A stretch of 64,000 bases of DNA from a virus (Duplodnaviria > Caudoviricetes). Every line of letters starts with the position of its first letter. The first letter of the stretch is position 1. Below, one piece after another: positions 1 to 10,298 of this stretch. The position numbers and the translations under genes were made by a program. The notes under the pieces are model-generated. The model had not been told where the DNA came from. It saw only the letters and a program-made list of their open reading frames with translations, and made no database searches. Where the stretch lies: the IMG/VR virus record IMGVR_UViG_3300011242_000003, positions 64,001 through 128,000 of that record. The stretch is one strand, 5' to 3'.

Positions 1-167
1 AGATAATGAAAAAAGTATTTCCAAATGCTTTTACAAATGGGATAGTGGGTGTAGATTTACATCCTGTAGTGATTAATTGTTATTAATTTAATAGTTAATG
101 ATTATAAAATGGATTGAAAAATCCATTAAATTGAGATTTTTATTCGATTTGAAAGGGGTGATTAAAC

Positions 168-1857
168 ATGGATGATAAGAAAAAAGTAAAAGAATTTGTG
201 AATTATATATGTAATTGGATTGAGTATGAATATAAGACTAAAAATAACATAAGATTCAGTTATGATTTAAGAAATGATAGAATGTCCTGCATAATAGCTG
301 ACAAAGGCATAGAAAAAAGAATGTCTAAAGAATTATATAAAAGATTAAGAATTAATTCCGCAGTCAGCTATATACAAACTGCATCTGTAAATGAGTATCC
401 TGATGGAGAAATAAAAATTAAATTAATATTAAATGATTGGAGGGATAAAAATAATGTGGGCAGAATTTTGTAATGTATATAGTCCAAATGCTGAAAGAAA
501 AAGAAAGGAACAAGAAATTTATAATAATACAGCATCCCATCTCAACAAAGCAGTACAGGAATTAAAGAAAATAAATTGTCAATGTACAGAGGATGACTAT
601 TGTGACAGATGTTGTTTGTTAGATGATGTACAAAGCTTACTATTTGATGTAAATAAAAAAATATAGAAGGAGAAATTTATAATGGTTAAGTTAAAAGGAA
701 TAAAAACAGAGGTACAAGACATTATTATAGACGTTGATGACAAAGAATTAATGAGAGCTATAAGAGAAAGAATTGGAGTAGAAGATAATGTTTTAAATGA
801 TAAGGAAGATGAAATAGGATATTGGAGAGATGAAAGCTCAGAGCGTTCTAATTATTGTAATTGGGTATGGCATAGAGTATCTAAGAATAAAAAGGAAATA
901 AAAGTATTACAGGCTATAAAAGTTGTTGAAGAATACATAGGAATATTTTAAAGGAGGAAATACAATGACTAAATTAGAATTAAGTGAAGAAATAGGAGAT
1001 TGTCATATAAGAGCAACATATGATTTAGAACGTTTGGGTAGAAAAGATATTACAAATGTTACGGACTATTGTATTGATGAAGTTATAAGAGAATTAGAGA
1101 AAATGAGAACTTTTGTAAAACAATATAACAGTATAAAGCGATAAGAGGAGGAAATAAAAATGAATGTTAGAAGTAATGTAACTGTAAATATAGAATTAAC
1201 ATTAAATGAAGTAGATGATTTATTATCATTAATTAGATATATAGATGGAGAAAATTTAAACTCGGCTATGTTAAATTTAAAAACTAACATATGTGATAGT
1301 TTACTAGCATATTTAAATAAATATGATGAGGAGTTATAACTCCATTAAAATAAACTTTTTATGAGGTTATTTGTATATGTTATGAAAGGAGTAAAGATAA
1401 GATATGACCAAAACAGAATTAAATGAAGAATGTATAAAACATGGTACTTGTAAAACGTGTCAGTATAAAGAGTGGAAGACTTATGGGGAGTAGGGTTGCT
1501 CTGTTAAGAATGAAGATTTAGAAGAAGAAAATAATTAAAACAAAAGGAGATATAATAATGGGAGTTAAAGAAGGAGTAGATTATACAAGTGATGAAATAC
1601 TAAAAGAAATATATGATTGTGCTATGGATGTATTTTATCATGGAATAGCAGTACCAGATGATTGTCACCCTTGTGGATGGTCATGGATTGATTTTAACAT
1701 AGTAGATGATATATTGACTTATGAATTTGAACAGGATGATATTAATGACAACCTTGGTGATTCTAAATATGTTGGGAATACGTTAAGGGAAATATTAATA
1801 AAAACAGAAGGTAAATTTTTATTTGAAATTAATACATTTGTGAATTGGGAGGGTTAA
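168..1857 (+). other. Cluster of small hypothetical phage ORFs (168-473, ~454-666, 682-951, 965-1144, 1160-1339, 1558-1857)
   Basis: Tightly packed + strand ORFs, most with GGAG/AGGAGG RBS; no recognisable motifs. Confidence 0.7.
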
Positions 1858-1858
1858 T

Positions 1859-2086
1859 ATGGAGAACACTAGAAAATGTGAAACCACACCTGTTATAAAA
1901 CCATGTAAGATAAATGAAAAAGAAACAAAGACAAGAATAGTTAAATCTAAGTGTATGGCAGATATGTTAGTATGGTTAGGGTTTGAGTATGAAAAAGGCG
2001 AAGAAGGGTATATTTTTGAGAGAACTTATACGTTTGATAATGCATGGAAAGATATACATTATTTAAGGCAGTGTTATAGAAAATAA
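1859..2086 (+). CDS. Small phage protein, paralogue of 27237-27410; N-terminus shared with 57285-57563
   Basis: C-terminal RIVKSKCMADMLVWLGFEYEKGEEGYIFERTY is identical to the ORF at 27237; ENTRxCETTPV is shared with ORF 57285. Confidence 0.8.
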   Translation: MENTRKCETTPVIKPCKINEKETKTRIVKSKCMADMLVWLGFEYEKGEEGYIFERTYTFDNAWKDIHYLRQCYRK

Positions 2087-2130
2087 TTATTAATAAATAA
2101 AAATATTAAAATAAGTAAGGGGATATAAAA

Positions 2131-2724
2131 ATGGAGATTAGAAAAGAAGATTTAGAGTTAAGAATTTCAAGAAATGCGATAGAAAGATACAAAAATTATG
2201 TTAAAGGAAACTTTGATGAAGATTACAAACTATTAAAATTAAAACTAAGAAGGAACTGGATATTAGGAAAAACAATAGAATTAACAGAGGAAACGGAAAC
2301 TAGAAACTATGGGAATTTAATATTGGAGAGAAACATTGAAAACAATGTACTTACTAGGCTGTTCAACTCAAGAAAAAAATCAGTGTGTTTTAATGATGAC
2401 ATACAAGAGAGTAAAAAGTATAAAAAAGAAGTTGAGGACATTCTAGGAATTACTAGATTAAAAGGTGAAAATAACGCCGACATTGATGGATGCACATTGA
2501 GTGATAGGGCGTATAGATATTACATAAAAGAAAATGATACATATTTAAGTTATGAACAATTGTTAAAAATAGCTACAAATGTTATTACAGAAGGAATTAA
2601 GCTAAGAAGTTTTAATGATAAGGTTATATATCAACTAGATAATATTAAAGTAACTGTTACATTAAGAGAAGATATCTGTGAGATTACAAATATTATGGGA
2701 TTGGATGGTGAAATTAATGAGTAA
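2131..2724 (+). CDS. Hypothetical protein
   Basis: 197-aa ORF with AAGGGG RBS; possible internal duplication (ISRNAIERY / LSDRAYRYY). Confidence 0.75.
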   Translation: MEIRKEDLELRISRNAIERYKNYVKGNFDEDYKLLKLKLRRNWILGKTIELTEETETRNYGNLILERNIENNVLTRLFNSRKKSVCFNDDIQESKKYKKEVEDILGITRLKGENNADIDGCTLSDRAYRYYIKENDTYLSYEQLLKIATNVITEGIKLRSFNDKVIYQLDNIKVTVTLREDICEITNIMGLDGEINE

Positions 2725-3319
2725 AACACAATGTATAATTTTGGTTGGTTGCTCAAGTGTTGGAAAGGATAGGCTGTTATCAGAAGTTTTAAAAGCAAAT
2801 AAAAATATTAAACCAATAATAAGTCATACGTCAAGACCAATACGAGATTGTGAAGTTGATGGACGAGAATATCACTTTGTTGATGATAGAACAATGTTAC
2901 GCATGATAGAGAATGATGAATTTGTAGAAACTAGAAGTTACAGTGTTGCTAATGGTGACACTTGGCATTACGGTATAAGTAAAAATGCAGTAAAAGAAGG
3001 ATGTAATATAACTATTGTAGATTATCAAGGATTAAAGGAGTTTGAGAAATACATAAAATCAATAGATGGTAATATAGTGTCAATATATTTGGATTGTCCT
3101 CTTCAAATAAGGCTACAGAGAAGTTTAAATAGGGAACATAACCTAACAGATGATAAGTGTTTAGAAATCTGTAGGAGGGCTTTAGATGACAATGAGAATG
3201 TGGCTATAGCAAAAAATTATTGTACTGTGTGTTTAAATAATGAAACTGAAGCAAATCTAACTAATAATGTATATTTTATAGATGCGTTAGCTAGAGGTAT
3301 GATGAGAGGTGATAACTAA
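2717..3319 (+). CDS. gmk: Guanylate kinase-like nucleotide kinase
   Basis: P-loop GCSSVGKD, ISHTSRPIRDCEVDGREYHFV and HYG motifs of the GMP-kinase family; start moved to the ATG at 2717 behind GGTG. Confidence 0.9.
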   Translation: MSKTQCIILVGCSSVGKDRLLSEVLKANKNIKPIISHTSRPIRDCEVDGREYHFVDDRTMLRMIENDEFVETRSYSVANGDTWHYGISKNAVKEGCNITIVDYQGLKEFEKYIKSIDGNIVSIYLDCPLQIRLQRSLNREHNLTDDKCLEICRRALDDNENVAIAKNYCTVCLNNETEANLTNNVYFIDALARGMMRGDN

Positions 3320-3684
3320 TGAAATATTATACTACTTTGGAAATGGTAGCAGAATTGTTTAAAAATCCTAATAAGAAATTTTCTAGGGTCGGAGACAAGG
3401 TCTTTAAAGTTAGCATGACAACTAGAGGATATATAGTACAAACTGTTCATGATTTCTCAATGGAAATGCCCATAGGTTTGTACATACATGAAATATGGGT
3501 AGAAGATACAGAGGAGTGTGAAGAATAAATGATTATAGATTATAAAGATAAGATAAGAGAATTATACAATAATACATATATAGATAAAGAAAGAAAAGAT
3601 AAGATGTTTAATAAATTAACTCAATGGCTACAAAATGATATGGATAAGAATCTTATTTTAGATGATGAAGAGGTGGACGAATAA
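3319..3684 (+). other. Two small hypothetical ORFs (3319-3528, 3529-3684)
   Basis: Translationally coupled short ORFs with RBSs. Confidence 0.65.
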
Positions 3685-3731
3685 AATTCAAGTTTTAAAG
3701 GAAATAAAATATTAAATAAGGGGGAGATGCA

Positions 3732-5021
3732 ATGTTTAATAATATAGAATCAGATGGTAAGTTACAATTTTATCCTACGGAGAAATCAGAAACATATAGA
3801 ATATTAGCATTACTTTCTAATAGACCTAGAATTAAAAGTGAGAAAAGAGAAGATTTTATAGAAATATACGGAAAGGATAAATATTATAAATTATTTGATG
3901 AGGTAGGACATGATAAGTTTTATTATAATATATTTGAAGAATTACTTCAAAAGGAGCAACATAATTTAATTGATAAATATATTAAATGTAATTTAGGTTA
4001 TCAAGACAATAATAAAATAGTGGTTGCTGATTTATTTGCAGGAGAAGGTAAATGGTTAAAACTATTTAAACAATTATCAAACTGTGGAATCCTTATTGGA
4101 AATGAATTAGAAGAAAATCGTTATAATACAATGATAGAAGATAATTTAATAGATTATAATTACAACTTAGCATTTGAGGAACTGCAATTACCTAAAAAGA
4201 TTATAAATATAATGTTATTTAATCCTCCTTATGGTATTAGTAACGGAGAAGCAAATGTAAGAAGATATTTAAGAATGACGTTAGAAAGAGATTTGATGGT
4301 TAAAAATGGTATTATTGTAATGGTAATAAAGAAAAGAGATGCTTTATTATGTGCTGATTTAATGGCTAAATATTTTAATTCTGAGTTATTATCATATAAA
4401 GTTCATGAAGAAGAATTTGATAAATGGGGTCAACTTGTAATATATGCAAAATTAAACGATGCTCCATTGGATTTAACAAATGCTACTGATGTTGCTAAAT
4501 ACAAACAAAACAAAGAAATTATAGAGAATATAATAAATGCTGATATGGAATTTGATATAGATTTATATAATTATTTCCACTATCACAATTGGAAAGAAAA
4601 CGATATTAAAAAAGCATTTGAAGATTTTAAATATATTCAGAATAATCAACAGTATATATCAAATATTCATGATAAAGCGTGGAAATGGATATTAAAAGAT
4701 ACAGAAATTAAAGATTTAAGCGAAGAAATAATCACCATTCCTAAAAATCTTAAAAGTGGAGAATTAGCAAATGTTATAGCTAGTGGAAAAATAAACGGTG
4801 AATTATCTTTAGAAAATAATACAGGAAAGCATATAGCTGTCGGTGGTGTAAAGACAGTTAAAACAGAAAGGAATATATTAGTAGATGATAAGAAGTCAGG
4901 GCAACAAGTAAATAAGCTAGAAACGACTATTCAATCTATACCATATTTAAATCTACTAATAAATTACAATGGTAAAATGAAAATTAAAGAACTAAAAGAC
5001 GTTTCAGAAAGTGGGGAGTAA
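3732..5021 (+). CDS. SAM-dependent amino (N6A/N4C-type) DNA methyltransferase-like protein, DUF6094-like
   Basis: FYPT near the N-terminus, motif I DLFAGEG, motif IV NPPYG. Confidence 0.85.
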   Translation: MFNNIESDGKLQFYPTEKSETYRILALLSNRPRIKSEKREDFIEIYGKDKYYKLFDEVGHDKFYYNIFEELLQKEQHNLIDKYIKCNLGYQDNNKIVVADLFAGEGKWLKLFKQLSNCGILIGNELEENRYNTMIEDNLIDYNYNLAFEELQLPKKIINIMLFNPPYGISNGEANVRRYLRMTLERDLMVKNGIIVMVIKKRDALLCADLMAKYFNSELLSYKVHEEEFDKWGQLVIYAKLNDAPLDLTNATDVAKYKQNKEIIENIINADMEFDIDLYNYFHYHNWKENDIKKAFEDFKYIQNNQQYISNIHDKAWKWILKDTEIKDLSEEIITIPKNLKSGELANVIASGKINGELSLENNTGKHIAVGGVKTVKTERNILVDDKKSGQQVNKLETTIQSIPYLNLLINYNGKMKIKELKDVSESGE

Positions 5022-5023
5022 TT

Positions 5024-7579
5024 TTGATACCATATATTAGGAGTTCAGGGAGTAATACAATAACTTGTAATTGTGACCTTGCGATATTAGATGATAGAAA
5101 ATTGGTATTATTATCTTTAGTTGATTATAATATTAGAACCAAAAAGATAATTTCAGATATAATTAAAGAAGGATATTATAGCAATCTTCAACTAGAAGAT
5201 AGAGACGATAACACTTTTGTTAAAGAACTTCGTTATTATGATAAATACAATTTTAAAAGTGACAGAGTGGGGGAATTAACACATACTATTGTAAAAAATA
5301 AAAATATAGATGATTATATTATTGATTGGAATAATAATGGAAAGATTAAATCGGTAGTAAACTATATTAGAAATAAACATTTTTTACCTATAACAGAGGA
5401 AATAGTTGAAAATATCATTGAAAAACAGAGTAAATATCACACTGTGATAGATGAAGTCGATGTATATACTAATAATCCTCATTTTAAAGATGTTAAATGT
5501 TATAAAATCAATATACATAGTTTCAAACAAAAGCTTGAGTGTTTAGATTTACAAGGTAATGATGATAATTTTAATTGGGATGAAATAGAAACAATAGAAG
5601 ATTATATTTTTAGCTTTTTAAATCCTATTAAGTCAAAAATACAACAAACTGTAAAATCATTATATAATAAAAACAATATAACTCAAGGAATATTTAATGG
5701 TGATAAAAAACCATTTGAAGGGCAAATACCTATAATTCAAAGTGGAATAGAAGTATTAAAAAGAGATAAGTTTATATATATGGGTTGTGATATGGGTTGT
5801 GGTAAAACTGTGATGGGTGTAAAGATTAATCATAATTATATTAAAACTAAAAAACAAAATTATACAACATTAGTAGTAGCCCCTGCGATAACATTATCAC
5901 AATGGAAAGAAGAAATTAAATCTAGCACAGATGATAATATTAAAGTTGTTATAATTAGAAAAACTGAAGATTTTATAAAATGGTATAACAATAAAGAAGT
6001 AAATAAAACTCCTACTTATTTGTTAATCGGCAAAGAAACTTTCAAATTAAGCTATGCAAAAGAACCTAATTATATTAAATCAACAAAATACATAGAAAGT
6101 AAAGAACTAGATGATTATTATAAAAGAAATGGATATTATACTTTACGTGATTATATGTATATTACTAAGAAAAGAAAGAAAAATGTATTAACTTGTCCTG
6201 ACTGTGGAAAAGCCCTATCAAACCCTAACAGAACCACAGAAGATGTATTCTTTGAAGAAAAGGATTTTAAGAAACCGAATAAGGGAAATTATAAATGTAC
6301 TCATTGTGGATGTGTTTTATGGTCGGCTATTTATAATAAAACAAAGAAAACGAGTGTTATTGATTTTATTCATAGAAAAGGAATTATATTTGATAGTGTT
6401 ATATGTGATGAAATGCATGAGTCTAATAATTCGTCATCTATTATAGGAGCATCCATAAGAACTCTTATAAGAAATCACGCTAAAAAAGTTATAGCATTGA
6501 GTGGAACTTCTAACAATGGCTATGCTTCAAGCCTACATAATTTTTTAATGGGGGTATGTCCTAGAAAATTAAAGTCAGATGAATGTTTAGATGTTAAAGA
6601 TTTTGTTCAAAAATATGGCACTTTACAGGCAGTAACTAATATTAATGATGAAAAAAGAAGTTATTATAGCAGAGGAAAATCTGAAATAAAAGATAGTGAT
6701 TTTAAAGAAATAGAAGGTATAAACCCAGTAGTATTTACAAAATATTTGGCAAGTAATTTTATTTTTGCTACATTAGATGACTTAAGTGAGAATTTACCAC
6801 CATTAAAGGAAGAGTATATTTCAATAAAGCCTACAATCAATCAAAAGAATGGCGAGTTTAAATTATTTGAAGATATAAAAAAACAAAATAGTTTTAATGC
6901 AAAAATGTATGTTGATAGTATAATAAAGCATTACATCAACAATCCTTTTGAGTGGAAAAGTATTCCTATAACAAACAATGAAGGAATGGAAGTTGATATT
7001 CAGCCTAGTAATTTATGCCTAGACATCCTACCTAAAGAAGAAAAACTAATAGAGTTGGTTAAAAAAGAATATTCTGAGGGAAGAAAAGTTTGGATATATA
7101 CAGAATTTAACAATGGTGGAGAATATATGAATGGAGAGAAACTACCTAATAGATTAGAGAGTATATTAAAAAACCAAGGATTAAAAGTATTTCAACTAAA
7201 AGCAAGTGTAAGTACATATGATAGAAAAGATATATTAGAAAAGAATAAAGATAAATATGATGTGTTTATCAGTAATCCTAGAATAGTTAATGTAGGTATT
7301 AACCTTCAATTTTGCCCTACTTATATATTCTATATGCCTAGTTATATGGTTAATATAGTTTCTCAGGCAAGTAAAAGGGGATATAGAATTAATAGTACCT
7401 TAGAAAATAGAATATACCATATGTATTATAAGGATACATGGGAAGACATTATTATAAAAAGATTCCAGAGAAAACTTGCAGAAAGTAAAGCTATCAATGG
7501 ACAATTTGAGGTGGTTTTAGAAAACGATGAGATTAGAACGGCATCTCAATTTAGCAGTAAATTAAAAGTTAGTATATAA
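5024..7579 (+). CDS. SNF2-like SF2 helicase/ATPase with Zn-ribbon insert
   Basis: Walker A DMGCGKT, motif Ia VVAP..LSQW, DEMH, LSGT, GINLQ, QASKRGYRI; CPDC...CTHC insert. Confidence 0.9.
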   Translation: MIPYIRSSGSNTITCNCDLAILDDRKLVLLSLVDYNIRTKKIISDIIKEGYYSNLQLEDRDDNTFVKELRYYDKYNFKSDRVGELTHTIVKNKNIDDYIIDWNNNGKIKSVVNYIRNKHFLPITEEIVENIIEKQSKYHTVIDEVDVYTNNPHFKDVKCYKINIHSFKQKLECLDLQGNDDNFNWDEIETIEDYIFSFLNPIKSKIQQTVKSLYNKNNITQGIFNGDKKPFEGQIPIIQSGIEVLKRDKFIYMGCDMGCGKTVMGVKINHNYIKTKKQNYTTLVVAPAITLSQWKEEIKSSTDDNIKVVIIRKTEDFIKWYNNKEVNKTPTYLLIGKETFKLSYAKEPNYIKSTKYIESKELDDYYKRNGYYTLRDYMYITKKRKKNVLTCPDCGKALSNPNRTTEDVFFEEKDFKKPNKGNYKCTHCGCVLWSAIYNKTKKTSVIDFIHRKGIIFDSVICDEMHESNNSSSIIGASIRTLIRNHAKKVIALSGTSNNGYASSLHNFLMGVCPRKLKSDECLDVKDFVQKYGTLQAVTNINDEKRSYYSRGKSEIKDSDFKEIEGINPVVFTKYLASNFIFATLDDLSENLPPLKEEYISIKPTINQKNGEFKLFEDIKKQNSFNAKMYVDSIIKHYINNPFEWKSIPITNNEGMEVDIQPSNLCLDILPKEEKLIELVKKEYSEGRKVWIYTEFNNGGEYMNGEKLPNRLESILKNQGLKVFQLKASVSTYDRKDILEKNKDKYDVFISNPRIVNVGINLQFCPTYIFYMPSYMVNIVSQASKRGYRINSTLENRIYHMYYKDTWEDIIIKRFQRKLAESKAINGQFEVVLENDEIRTASQFSSKLKVSI

Positions 7580-7632
7580 ATAAATTAACAACTTTAAATG
7601 AAATAAAATATTAAAACTAAATAGCATAACTT

Positions 7633-7680
7633 ATAATTCCTTTGCATATAATATCTATGTAAAGGAATTATTTATTTTTA
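7633..7680 (+). terminator. Intrinsic terminator after the helicase
   Basis: 16-bp stem ATAATTCCTTTGCATA / TATGTAAAGGAATTAT followed by TTATTTTT. Confidence 0.75.
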
Positions 7681-7689
7681 ATTTAAGTG

Positions 7690-7738
7690 AAATAATATAT
7701 TAAATTTACTTGACTTTAAGTGTGTACAGTATTATACT
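7690..7738 (+). promoter_or_regulatory. sigmaA-type promoter with motif B
   Basis: TTGACT(7710)-17 bp-TATACT(7733); motif B ends 5 nt before the -35. Confidence 0.85.
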
Positions 7739-7817
7739 AATATTAACAGATAATAAATGACTAGAAAATGTGTAAATGGTATAATAAAATGATACTTAAA
7801 TCAAAGGAGAGATATTT

Positions 7818-8036
7818 ATGGGAAATGTAAGGACTTGTATACGTGGTAGAATTAACGATTCAGGAACTTGTGATTGTGACCTTCATTTTAGTGATTTAAA
7901 AATTGACTATGCCAACTATCAAGAATGTTGGGATTGTGAAGATTACGAATCTTGGGATGATGATTTATTTGAAGATGAAGACGAGCATGATGCAAATGAA
8001 GAACTTGGAGAAGAAGATACTTATTTTGAGAATTAA
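7818..8036 (+). CDS. Small Cys-containing, highly acidic early protein
   Basis: AAGGAG RBS; C-terminal half mostly D/E; followed by hairpin AGGGGA-GTAA-TCCCCT (8043-8058). Confidence 0.75.
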   Translation: MGNVRTCIRGRINDSGTCDCDLHFSDLKIDYANYQECWDCEDYESWDDDLFEDEDEHDANEELGEEDTYFEN

Positions 8037-8108
8037 TAATAAAGGGGAGTAATCCCCTGTGTACATATAAATCTTATCTTTTAATTGGTAATATAAGGAG
8101 GATGGGAA

Positions 8109-8650
8109 ATGAAATATAAAGATGTAATAATTCCCTTTGTTGAAAAAGGTGATTATGAGGTTAATATAGGATTAAATTATTTAGAAACCGTATTAAAAGA
8201 ATATGAAGAGGATTATGGATTAGAATTAAATCCTGATTTTCAGAGAGGGCATGTATGGACAGAAGAACAGCAAACAGCATATATGGAATTCTTTTTAAGA
8301 GATGGTGTTACTGCTAGAGTTATTTATTTTAATTGCCCATATTTTATGAATGGTTCAATTGATGATTATAATAATGGGAAATATGAAATGCCTATGCAAT
8401 GTGTAGATGGATTACAAAGATTAACTTCTATAAGAAGATTTTTAAATAATGAAATTCCTGTATTTGGATATTATTTAAATGATTTTGAGGATAAAGATAA
8501 GCTATTAAAAAAATGGGACTTAGATTCAATGTTAATAATCTTAAAACTAGAAAAGAAGTCTTAAGGTGGTATTTGGACTTTAATGCTGGTGGTACGGTTC
8601 ACAGCAAAGAAGAGATAGATAGAGTTAAAAAACTATTAGAAGAATGTTAG
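8109..8650 (+). pseudogene. DUF262 (ParB/Srx-like, GmrS-type N-terminal domain) protein split by a -1 frameshift at an A7 run
   Basis: PDFQRGHVW and VDGLQRLT motifs; the -1 frame after the A-run at 8507-8513 reads MGLRFNVNNLKTRKEVLRWYLDFNAGGTVHSKEEIDRVKKLLEEC* to 8650. Confidence 0.75.
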
Positions 8651-8662
8651 GAGGAATAGTAA

Positions 8663-10221
8663 ATGAGTAGAAATTTAAAATTAACAGTAGGACAAAAAGT
8701 AGCTGTAAAAATAGAAGACAATAGCAACGCATCAAGATATGTAGATATGAGTTTGGAGAATATGGATAAATGGTGTTTTGAAGGAGAAGTTACAAAAGTC
8801 GGAAGAAAATATATAACTGTAAAATTTATGACATATAAGGAAGAACAATTTTCTATAGAGGATAACTATAGGCAAAAATATACTTGGGGTGGTGCAGATT
8901 ATAAATTGTATTTATCAAAAGAAGAAGCTATAGAAGAAATAGAGGCGGAAATATTTTACCGTCAGGTTAAATATGAATTTGATTCATACAAAAACAATTC
9001 AAAGTTTACATTAGACCAATTAAAAAGAATTAAGAATATTATTAAGGAGGAATAGAATATGAATAATAAAATATTATTAACATACACCCACATAAAAGGT
9101 TATGATACGTACGATTGGTTTGACTCAATAGATGAGGTTAATGAATTTGTTATGACTTCTAGTATAGTTCAAGCATTAATAGAATGTGTTGACTGTTCAT
9201 TAGCTAAATCAATACCATTAGAAGGGTTGGGAGATTAGATGGAGAAGATTTTTAGATACCACAGAATATATTCATACGGAGAGTTAGAAGATAATTATTT
9301 AATAAAGGCAAATTCAAAACAAGAAGCAATTAATAAATTATATAACTTAAGAGTTAAATCGGGTATGTATAAACCAGAAGTCAAAGAAGAGTATATGATT
9401 GAAGTTAATTTTAACAAAGATATTGCCGATTTATGGTAATAACCAATAAATTCTAAATTTTAAGAGGAAGTGATAATAATGAACGTTTATGTATTATATG
9501 GAAATGATATGTTCGACAAAGAAGGTAATTGTAGTGTGGATAAAGAGTATATAGCTAGTAATGAGAGTTATTCTAATGAACGATTTAAAGAAATATGTGC
9601 TAGAGCAAAAGAAAATTGCAAGAAGAAGTACAATGAAGTATCTTTATATTATATGGTTGAAATTTTAATTAATTTATATGGATTTGAAAAGATTAATATT
9701 AGGAGTGGATATGAATTATAAACAAGATAATGTGATTACAGTAGCCGATAAGAGGGAATTCTTGTTTAAACTTACTGGTGACTGGAATTCGTTTGTTTTA
9801 AATGAAGAAGAAGTTAATATGATATTTAATATAATTGATAATAAGACTAAAAGAGAGGTGAAATAAAGATGGAATGGTATAATGATTGTGAATATAAATG
9901 TGATGACTGTGAAGTAACTTTTAAAGCTTATTGTACTGAAGATGTTAGGGATGTTAGTTTTTGTCCATATTGTGCCAGTAGAAATATAGAACCTATTGAC
10001 GAAAGAGAAGAATAAATAAATTAATAAGGAAAGTGATTAATATGAAAGTTGAATTAGAAAAGAATGGCTACTGCAATTTTTGTGGTGAGCAAAATAACAA
10101 TGAAGCAATTACACCTAAAAATGTTTTATATTTTAAAAGAGGACTAAGTGGTGGATTGGGTGCTACTATATGTAAAGAATGTTTAAAAGAACTAGTATTA
10201 AAAGGCGAAGAATTATTATAA
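8663..10221 (+). other. Cluster of small hypothetical ORFs (8663-9055, 9059-9238, 9239-9439, ~9479-9721, ~9711-9866, 9869-10015, ~10042-10221)
   Basis: Packed + strand ORFs with RBSs; two carry CxxC pairs. Confidence 0.65.
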
Positions 10222-10298
10222 AATATGTAATTTAAAGGATATGAAATCCAATATATGTACAAAATAACAAATGATAAAATATAATATAATGAGAAAGG

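Noticed and set aside
6204-6446. Nested + strand ORFs (6204-6446, 15747-15950, 29990-30181, 61053-61244)
   Set aside because: They are alternative frames inside real genes or run across promoters and hairpins, with no RBS.
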